From NCBI GenBank assembly GCA_020444075.1, contig JAHLLR010000001.1, positions 47,782-111,781 of the forward strand: DNA of 64,000 nucleotides, given 5' to 3'. Within the stretch, counting starts at the first letter, position 1. Each line of letters begins with the position of its first letter. This document shows, one piece after another, positions 31,098-38,392 of this stretch. The stretch is from Deltaproteobacteria bacterium. Lineage in GTDB: Bacteria; Desulfobacterota; Desulfobacteria; Desulfobacterales; Desulfosarcinaceae. Below the pieces are notes generated by a model that saw nothing but the letters and a program-made list of their open reading frames with translations, did no database searches and was not told where the DNA came from. A program made the position numbers and the translations under genes.

Positions 31098-31218
31098 GCC
31101 AATTGGGCTGCAATCCGATAGATCACTCTTTCCAGCAGGCTCCGGTTCATTTTTATAAACTACCGTAAATAATGATTTTTAGCGCAATTCCGCCGCCTTC
31201 CCGTTCAACTCTCCACTG

Positions 31219-31234
31219 TGGCACCATCCTTGCT
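31219..31234 (+). promoter_or_regulatory. sigma54 promoter of the yeeE-tusA cluster
   Basis: TGGCAC-CATCC-TTGCT, 75 bp upstream of the yeeE ATG. Confidence 0.8.
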
Positions 31235-31309
31235 GTTTGAATCGTTCCATATCATGTTAACCCTTGATGACAACAATCACGACCAACCTATTTACCGTGG
31301 AGTTCGACA

Positions 31310-32503
31310 ATGGCAGCCGGGTCTCTGATCGCAAGTGTTAAAGAGGAAGCACGCAAGAATTACATCGCCGTGTTTGAGCAGGACTGGCCTTCCTGGCTGG
31401 CAGGAATATTCATTGCGTTACTGGCGCTCATGATCTTTCTCTGGGACGCTCCCTGGGGAATTGCCGGCGGCTACAAAAACTGGGGAAATTGGGTCCTGTA
31501 TTCCCTGGGCATCTTCAAGGATAAGCCCTTTGCACCATGGCTCCACCCCATGTCCCTGTCCAACTTCGGAATCTTCGTCGGCGCCTTTTTCTCAGCCATG
31601 ATGAGCCGTCAGTTCAAGATTCGCCAGGCCCCCCCCCTGGAGTATGCCAAGGGCATCGTCGGAGGGATTCTTATGGGAATCGGCGCCGCCTTTGCCGGCG
31701 GATGTAATGTGGGGGGGTTTTTCACGGCCACGGGCATGCTTTCCCTGGGTGGCATCGCCATGATGGTTGGCCTGGGCGGGGGTGCCTGGATCGGTCTGAA
31801 ATACCTGCTATGGGAGTTGGAACACCTCCCGGCCAAACCCTTGAGCAAAAAAGACGGTTCCGGTCCGTTCCTGGGGATCAACTGGGACCGGGTCCAGCCT
31901 TACATCGGCACCGGTGTGGTGGTGGCTGTCGTTGCAGCGTTTTACGCTTACGCCACCATCGACAAGACCGTGCTTGGGGGATTGCTGTTTTTCGGGTTTC
32001 TCATCGGCCTGGTCATGCACCGGGCCAGGTTCTGTTTTGTCAGGGCCTTCCGGTGCCCGTTCATGACCGGCGAGGCGGAAATGGTCAAAGTCGTTGCCAT
32101 GAGCCTGATTATCTACGGCATGGGAAGCGCCATCATCAAGTGGGCCTGGATCAAGGATCCCATGATGGGGGTGTACCATCCCTTCTTCCTGGGCAGCCTG
32201 GTGGGCGGGCTTATTTTCGGAGTCGGCATGATTCTGGCCGGAGGGTGTGCCAGCAGCACCCTGTGGCGCATCGGGGAGGGGCATCTCAAACTGGTCATGA
32301 CCATGATTGGATTCGCATTGTCCAACGCTTTAACAGCCAGGGCCATTGAGGCGTTGAACCTGTCGGACAGGCTCGGGAAGGGCATTTTCATGCCGGAGGT
32401 GTTCACCTGGGAAGTGACCATTCCGCTGTTTATCATTTTCTTCGTCATGTGGGCGTTCATCGCCATCTGGAACGAGGCGTCCGAAAAATTTGTCATCTTT
32501 TAA
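31310..32503 (+). CDS. yeeE: YeeE/YedE family (thiosulfate/sulfur) transporter
   Basis: Two homologous halves with AGGCNVG, RARFCF and AGGCASS Cys motifs. Confidence 0.9.
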   Translation: MAAGSLIASVKEEARKNYIAVFEQDWPSWLAGIFIALLALMIFLWDAPWGIAGGYKNWGNWVLYSLGIFKDKPFAPWLHPMSLSNFGIFVGAFFSAMMSRQFKIRQAPPLEYAKGIVGGILMGIGAAFAGGCNVGGFFTATGMLSLGGIAMMVGLGGGAWIGLKYLLWELEHLPAKPLSKKDGSGPFLGINWDRVQPYIGTGVVVAVVAAFYAYATIDKTVLGGLLFFGFLIGLVMHRARFCFVRAFRCPFMTGEAEMVKVVAMSLIIYGMGSAIIKWAWIKDPMMGVYHPFFLGSLVGGLIFGVGMILAGGCASSTLWRIGEGHLKLVMTMIGFALSNALTARAIEALNLSDRLGKGIFMPEVFTWEVTIPLFIIFFVMWAFIAIWNEASEKFVIF

Positions 32504-32537
32504 CCCGGATCAAAATACCCATTAAAGGAGAATAGCA

Positions 32538-32783
32538 ATGGATATCAACACCATCAAAGCCGATCAGACCCTGGACACCAGGGGCCTTGCCTGCCCCATG
32601 CCCCTGCTTAAAACCAAGAAGACCCTCAAGGGCATGCAATCCAGCCAGATCCTGGAAGTGCTCGGAGACGACCCGGGATCCAAAAACGACATCCCCGGCT
32701 GGTCCGGCAAAGGGGGCAACGAGTTCCTGGGCATGACCGACACGGACCAGGGGTATACCCGCTACTTTATCAAAAAGGGGTGA
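32538..32783 (+). CDS. tusA: TusA/YeeD family sulfur carrier
   Basis: LDTRGLACPMPLLKTKK, DDPGSKNDIPGW. Confidence 0.93.
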   Translation: MDINTIKADQTLDTRGLACPMPLLKTKKTLKGMQSSQILEVLGDDPGSKNDIPGWSGKGGNEFLGMTDTDQGYTRYFIKKG

Positions 32784-32787
32784 AGCC

Positions 32788-33078
32788 ATGGCCGATAAGA
32801 TAGCTGTGTTAGTCAAAGAGGTCGACCAGCAGTACGAAGCGCTGAGAACCAGCCTGGGGCTGCTTCTGGAGATGGCGGAAGTCCAGATGTTCGTCATGAA
32901 CCATGAAATCGCCAACATGGATGAAGCCTATTCCGAGAACATGGCGTTCCTTGACGAGATGGAGGGGGAGCGTTACACCAACAACGCCGCCAATGCCGAA
33001 AAGTACGGATTCAAATTCCTGACCACTCGGGAAATTGCCGAGAAGCTCAAAGAGGCTTCTCAAGTTATTCCCTTTTAG
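32788..33078 (+). CDS. conserved hypothetical, DsrF/TusC-like fold
   Basis: KIAVLV...EALRTSLGL...VQMFVM...LKEASQVIPF; no Cys. Confidence 0.75.
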   Translation: MADKIAVLVKEVDQQYEALRTSLGLLLEMAEVQMFVMNHEIANMDEAYSENMAFLDEMEGERYTNNAANAEKYGFKFLTTREIAEKLKEASQVIPF

Positions 33079-33087
33079 GAGACGGCC

Positions 33088-33258
33088 ATGCAGACACTTC
33101 ACATTTTGAGAACCCCACCGGATGAGACCGTTGCCTCCCTCAAGAAATCCTTATCCGACCAGGAAGCAAAAACCGTCGTGCTATACGAAGGGGATGTCGA
33201 CTGGGAAGCCCTGGTAGATGACATCTTCGAAGCCGAAAAGGTCATTTCGTGGTGGTGA
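33088..33258 (+). CDS. 56-aa conserved hypothetical, DsrH/TusB-like (absent from the ORF track)
   Basis: My translation: MQTLHILRTPPDETVASLKKSLSDQEAKTVVLYEGDVDWEALVDDIFEAEKVISWW*; AGGAGA RBS; fills the operon gap exactly. Confidence 0.8.
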   Translation: MQTLHILRTPPDETVASLKKSLSDQEAKTVVLYEGDVDWEALVDDIFEAEKVISWW

Positions 33259-33276
33259 CACACAGGAGGAAAAATA

Positions 33277-33756
33277 ATGGATAAGGATCTCGCATCAGCC
33301 ATCATGCTCGAACGATGCAGTTGCTATGACAGGTCGCTGGAAGCCGCCAAAAGAGTTCTTGCCAAAAATTCCCCTGAAACCGACGACGCCTTCTGGGCAC
33401 GGAAAATTATCCGGTCCATAGGGGAGGAGTTTATCCGGCAGCGGTTCATGGACAAGGCCATGGAGTGCTACCAGGCCCTGACCGATTACCGGGCCGACCC
33501 CAAAGACTGCCCCGAGGCATCCCGGAACGATGTCTTTGAAGGACTGGGGCCCAACAGCATCGAAGTCAGGACTCAGGTGAGCGCAGACGTGCATGACCTT
33601 CTCGATACCATCCTTGGTACGGAATGCAGCGCATCCCGGAGCCAGGATGAACTCCTGCGTGAAGCGGTATACCTTCTGATCCTGAAGTACGCCACCCAGA
33701 AGGATGTCAGGGATAAACTTGTCAATACCCTTGCAAGAGCAATTAAAACCGATTGA
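33277..33756 (+). CDS. hypothetical protein, helical N-terminus and RHH-like C-terminus
   Basis: AGGAGG RBS; IEVRTQVSADVHDLLD...SQDELLREAVYLLI. Confidence 0.7.
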   Translation: MDKDLASAIMLERCSCYDRSLEAAKRVLAKNSPETDDAFWARKIIRSIGEEFIRQRFMDKAMECYQALTDYRADPKDCPEASRNDVFEGLGPNSIEVRTQVSADVHDLLDTILGTECSASRSQDELLREAVYLLILKYATQKDVRDKLVNTLARAIKTD

Positions 33757-33770
33757 TATGGAGTGTAACT

Positions 33771-34085
33771 ATGGCTGATTCATTAGGAATTCTGGTAACG
33801 TCGGACCGCCACCTCGACTATGTGGTCAACCTGGCCGGGGCGGCCCACAAAAAGGGCAAAAAAGTTCAAATTTTCTTTACCGGTAAAGCCGTTAAACTGG
33901 GTTTTGAGCCGGATTTTGCGAAACTTGTCGGCCTGGCGCGGCTCTCCATCTGCGACGTGAGTTTCCGGGCCAACGGATTTCATGGACGCGAGGACCAGGT
34001 GCCCGGGGTCGGGTTCAAGGATTTTGCCACCCAGGCCCGCAATGCTGAAATGGCCGCGGAGTGTAAGCGATACCTGGTGTTGTAA
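33771..34085 (+). CDS. DsrE-like sulfur relay protein
   Basis: SLGILVTSD, VQIFFTGKAV, SICDVSF (conserved Cys), ECKRYLVL. Confidence 0.8.
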   Translation: MADSLGILVTSDRHLDYVVNLAGAAHKKGKKVQIFFTGKAVKLGFEPDFAKLVGLARLSICDVSFRANGFHGREDQVPGVGFKDFATQARNAEMAAECKRYLVL

Positions 34086-34185
34086 TCTGCAAGGTGCGGG
34101 CGGCGACGGTTTCCATTGAATTACAACCTGCCTTAAAAATATCTGGGTGGTTTATTTCATAAACGTGGCACAGGAAAATTATATT

Positions 34186-35340
34186 ATGAGTCTGACAGCT
34201 TATAAAGCGAGTGATCTATTCCGATGGATCAAGGATAATGACACGGATTTCTTTCTGCTGGATGTTCGTTCCGAGTCCGATTTCGGCCGGTTCAAAGTCG
34301 AGGGACCCAATCCAATCCAGATGAAAAATGTGCCTTATATTGATTTCTCCGACGAAGAGGAAGAAGAGAGCGTGGCCCAGGTACCCAGAGACAAAAAAAT
34401 CAGAGTCGTCTGTGCCAGGGAGGGGTCGGCCAAGTATGTGGGCGAGGTATTGATCAAGCATGGGTTTGAGGATGTCGCCTACCTGGAAGGGGGGATAAAA
34501 ACTTGGGGAAATCTGCTGGTGCCCAAGCGGGTTGACGGGGGCGCAAGCGAATACAGCCTATACCAGTTTATCCGGCCAGCCAAGGCGTCTTGCAGCTATG
34601 GGCTTGTATATAAAGACGAACTAATGATCTTCGATCCCACCAAAGAGATCGATTTTTATCAAAAGTTTGCCAGTGAAAAAGGATGCCGTATCGTCAGAAC
34701 CTTCGAAACCCATCTTCAGGCCGATTACATTTCCGGAAGCCCGGCTATCGCCAGGGAAACCGGGGCTGACCTGATGGCCCACGAGAACGATTTTTATGGG
34801 GCGGCATTTTCCTATCAGGCGATTCAGGATGAGCAGGTGTATCATTTCACCGATGGTGGGCCTGAAGTGAAGGTGATTCATACCCCTGGACATACACCGG
34901 GCAGTACTTCGTATGTGATTGATGATAAATACATGATTGCCGGCGACACGGTATTTCTGGTTTCCATCGGCCGACCGGACCTGGGTGGAAAGGTCGAGGA
35001 GTGGTCCCAATTACTATTTGAAACCCTTGGCACCAAAGTGGGGAATATGGATCCGGAGCTGGTCGTTTTGCCTGGACATTTCATGAGTTGGGATGAAGCC
35101 GACTCAAACCTGATATTCCGGGATACGCTTGCTTCGATAAAGGAGAAAAACAGGGCCATATTCAATCTTGATGACTCGGCGCAGTTTCTTCAGTTCATCA
35201 AGGACAATATGCGCGAACAACCGGAAGTGTATGCCAAAATCCGCCAGGTCAACGCCGGCCGGCTTGAAGTCGATCTTGATGAGCAAAACGTCATGGACCT
35301 TGGAAAAAACGAGTGCGCGGCTAGTGCGGCTAAAAAATAG
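34186..35340 (+). CDS. rhodanese + metallo-beta-lactamase-fold fusion (persulfide dioxygenase-like)
   Basis: LLDVR...VVCAREGSA rhodanese; ETHLQADYISG, HTPGHTPGS, GDTVF..IGRPDL, LPGH. Confidence 0.88.
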   Translation: MSLTAYKASDLFRWIKDNDTDFFLLDVRSESDFGRFKVEGPNPIQMKNVPYIDFSDEEEEESVAQVPRDKKIRVVCAREGSAKYVGEVLIKHGFEDVAYLEGGIKTWGNLLVPKRVDGGASEYSLYQFIRPAKASCSYGLVYKDELMIFDPTKEIDFYQKFASEKGCRIVRTFETHLQADYISGSPAIARETGADLMAHENDFYGAAFSYQAIQDEQVYHFTDGGPEVKVIHTPGHTPGSTSYVIDDKYMIAGDTVFLVSIGRPDLGGKVEEWSQLLFETLGTKVGNMDPELVVLPGHFMSWDEADSNLIFRDTLASIKEKNRAIFNLDDSAQFLQFIKDNMREQPEVYAKIRQVNAGRLEVDLDEQNVMDLGKNECAASAAKK

Positions 35341-35518
35341 CCGCAGACATCTGTGCCAATGGGGCATTCTCAATATTTAAACCTAAGTTGAGCGGCGATT
35401 CTCCTGCTGCGTTCCTCAGCTTGGCTGACAGGTGTAAACGACAGTCCCAATTGCCGGCAAACGATGACATGCTCACGCCAAGCAGGTCAACGCACCAGCA
35501 ACAAAAGAGACTTGAGGC

Positions 35519-35788
35519 TTATACTGTCAACCGGTTTTTGCCTGTTGCCCAGATCCGCTTTTTCTCGACGTTTAAAATATCGCCAATATATCGGGCCACG
35601 GAACCCGTATCGATGCCTTTGGCCTGTAAAACCTGTTTACGCTGATAGGCTACCACTGGATTCCAGGCAGGAACAAGAGCAAAGTAGATAGGCTGGATGA
35701 CTAAGATAATGACCGCAACCAGCCGCAACCAAGGAAAAAGGGGCAAATCGTTAATGCGAATAGCCCCTTGATTTTCTTTGGTGATCAC
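35519..35788 (-). CDS. possible small membrane protein or gene remnant
   Basis: One hydrophobic segment; no convincing RBS; family not recognised. Confidence 0.3.
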   Translation of the reverse strand: MITKENQGAIRINDLPLFPWLRLVAVIILVIQPIYFALVPAWNPVVAYQRKQVLQAKGIDTGSVARYIGDILNVEKKRIWATGKNRLTV

Positions 35789-36252
35789 AGCGGGGTTCGA
35801 AACCAGGTTTTTGATTATTTTTTCAAATGGTTACTAATGTTTTAACATGACTTAAAATGACATAATTATTGGCTTTTTCGCCACCATGGCTTTCGGTTCG
35901 GATGTCACTGAAAATCATATTTGATCCGCCAGGCAGATCTTGACGAAGCTATCTCCCAAACGATAAGCACTGTCTTTATTTTGTGATGAGAGCCGCCCCG
36001 AATTCCTGCTGCACCCATTCTGATCCACACTATTCTGCTATTTGAACAATTTGTAAAGAATGACCCCGAATCCCTTTTTTACTGGAACGCATAAAATCTT
36101 GCCCGTCCCTGAATCCCCAAGGTTTTAGACGATAACCGGGGGGAACAGCAAGGTTCCGTCCCTTCCGATCAAGAAACATCCCCATTGAAACAACATGTCC
36201 CTAATGACGAAGGTTGACAACCGGGTCGGTCGGTTCGTATAGATGCGTGGCT

Positions 36253-37554
36253 ATGCAATGGTTGCGCTTGGATTTTAGAAAACGGTTACTGCTGGCTGCG
36301 CTTTGCTGCCTCGCCATCGGCCTGACTGCGCCGTCCCCCTTGACTGCTTTTTCAATGGCGGAGCGCGACCGGTTTCAGCGTGCGATCATCGATTACCGAC
36401 CGCGGCTGAACCCCGAATACAAGAAGATCGAACGCAAGCATACCCGCTACCTCATCGTCCACACATCGGAACTCGGCCTCGACACCACGTTGCGCGTCGT
36501 TTCAAAGGGCAAGCAGTTTCGCAACGGCCGGCGTACCGACGGCGGCCATACGCACTATGTGATTGCCCGCGACGGAAGCACCTACCGCATCCTGGACAAG
36601 AAGTGGACTGCCGACCACGCCGGCACCAGCATGTGGGACGGCCGGTCCGATCTCAGCCAGATGTCTATCGGCATCGAACTGGTCGGCTACCATTACGCAC
36701 CCATCACCGACAAGCAATATCGATCGATCGGCCTGTTGCTCCGCATCCTGCAGGACGCATACGGTCTGGACGACCGGGCGGTGCTGACCCACAGCCAGGT
36801 CGCCTTCGGCCGGCCCAATCGCTGGCACAAGCGCGACCATCGCGGTCGCAAACGCTGCGCCAAGAATTTCGACAGGGCCAAAGCAGGCCTGGGGCCCACC
36901 TGGCATTACGACCCTGACGTACGCGCCGGGCGGCTCGTGGCCGACGCTCAGCTGGCGGAAGTGTTCTACAGCCCCGGCCCCCGGGCTATAGCCAGCGCGG
37001 TCGAGGAAACCAACCTCATCTCCAAACACAACACCGCCTGGTTGATCGCCGGAGAGGACTTTGACAGCAGCGCGACGGTATATCAATTCCCGGACGGCCG
37101 GGTATTCACCGGCGATCAGATCACCGAACAGGTCGGATGGAACCGCATCCCGGCCAAAACGGTTGTCCTTCTCAACCAAAGCGGCAGCCTGGCCGAATTG
37201 AAGGACGACGGGCCCGTGAAAACCATTGCCGACGGCATCACGGCGTGGTCCTTGGCGGGCAGATCCTACAATCATCACACCACCATCTATTTCCTTCCCT
37301 CCGGACGGATCAAGAATGGATCGATGATATCCGACTGGGACGACCTGCCGGTGAGCACCCGCCTGATTATCGGTTACAATGGGCCCTTCCCGGTGAGCAA
37401 GGACCGGTCGGCTTACCGCATCGCCGGCGCCAGATTCAAGGATCCCCAAACCATCTACTACCTGCCTTCCAAAGAGCTTTTGGGCGGCAGCAGGATCGAG
37501 GATTTCAGCCGCCTTCAGGCCGGCACGCTCGTCTTTGTTCCCGCAGCTTTGTAA
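36253..37554 (+). CDS. N-acetylmuramoyl-L-alanine amidase (Amidase_2) with three C-terminal repeats
   Basis: Signal peptide; LIVHTSE, HYVIARDG, HAG, SIGIELVG, LTHSQV...RKRC. Confidence 0.88.
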   Translation: MQWLRLDFRKRLLLAALCCLAIGLTAPSPLTAFSMAERDRFQRAIIDYRPRLNPEYKKIERKHTRYLIVHTSELGLDTTLRVVSKGKQFRNGRRTDGGHTHYVIARDGSTYRILDKKWTADHAGTSMWDGRSDLSQMSIGIELVGYHYAPITDKQYRSIGLLLRILQDAYGLDDRAVLTHSQVAFGRPNRWHKRDHRGRKRCAKNFDRAKAGLGPTWHYDPDVRAGRLVADAQLAEVFYSPGPRAIASAVEETNLISKHNTAWLIAGEDFDSSATVYQFPDGRVFTGDQITEQVGWNRIPAKTVVLLNQSGSLAELKDDGPVKTIADGITAWSLAGRSYNHHTTIYFLPSGRIKNGSMISDWDDLPVSTRLIIGYNGPFPVSKDRSAYRIAGARFKDPQTIYYLPSKELLGGSRIEDFSRLQAGTLVFVPAAL

Positions 37555-37560
37555 CCCATA

Positions 37561-37816
37561 CTGCAGTGCCCGCAGCTGACTTCGCACGGAAGGGTTTGCT
37601 CATAATTCTGGCGTTCGCTGTTGAAGAACCACATATGCTCAATTCCAGCGATGGTCCTTACGTCATGCTTGTGAAAGATGGCAGCCCGCTGCATCGGTGC
37701 ACCGTGCAGTTTCTGGCAGGCCGGGCAATGGCAGATCTTGACGTCCACGGGCTGTCCGTATAGGTTTCTTATTGAATCGCACCGCAATGGCACCGTGGAA
37801 CGAACGAGAATTGACG
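37561..37816 (-). pseudogene. GFA/CENP-V family pseudogene
   Basis: RCHCGAIQ* (TAA at 37769-71), frameshift, then PVDVKICHCPACQKLHGAPM...LPCEVSCGHC; 3' half missing. Confidence 0.8.
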
Positions 37817-37964
37817 GTCACGGCCAAGCTTTGACACCTCGATGGTTTATCGCACCTATGGACGTTACATTCCGAACCTAACCCGGCAAGACGGCAGCGC
37901 CCTCGAAAACCTGTATGCGGGGAGCCACTAAATGAAAAAGGCAGCGCTCATTTCCGACATTGTT

Positions 37965-37986
37965 GGTCACAATCATGGACACAATG
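37965..37986 (+). repeat. arm-type direct repeat pair (GGACACAA family) outside the att core
   Basis: GGTCACAATC (37965) and GGACACAATG (37977), 12-bp period. Confidence 0.55.
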
Positions 37987-38042
37987 GCGAAAATCAACCC
38001 TGCCTATATGAATTAAATAACCGGAATTATTTAATTTGTTTG

Positions 38043-38086
38043 TGGTGATCCCACCGGGATTCGAACCCGGGTTACCGGCGTGAGAG
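38043..38086 (-). repeat. 44-bp att core: duplicate of the tRNA-Glu 3' end
   Basis: TGGTGATCCCACCGGGATTCGAACCCGGGTTACCGGCGTGAGAG, identical to 41604-41647. Confidence 0.97.
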
Positions 38087-38138
38087 CGACCCCACACCAC
38101 CTCGATATTCATTATTTCAGATAGTTAAGAGATGCACT

Positions 38139-38189
38139 GGACACAAATTATGCATTATTTGCACGAGGATTTGTGTCCGTTTTGTGTCC
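38139..38189. repeat. arm-type repeats (GGACACAA family) inside the att core
   Basis: GGACACAAAT (38139-48), inverted ATTTGTGTCC (38169-78) and TTTTGTGTCC (38180-89). Confidence 0.65.
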
Positions 38190-38360
38190 TCACATGAATC
38201 CTAAATTAACCACTATTAGCTCATCTGTAATGAAAGCAACAAAGGCTTGGAGATAAAGGGGTACGTCCGCTTCGTCAAAGCTGAATCAGTCAAGAACCTT
38301 CTAACAATATTTTAAATAGTTGGTACGCCACTTAGAAACGTAAGTGAAATTTTCCGACAT
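38190..38360 (-). pseudogene. decayed ORF downstream of the islet gene
   Basis: AAGGA RBS + ATG; MSENFTYVSKWRTNYLKYC*KVLD*FSFDEADVPLYLQAFVAFITDELIVVNLGFM*. Confidence 0.4.
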
Positions 38361-38392
38361 ATATCCTTTTTACCCGACAAACATTAGTATGT

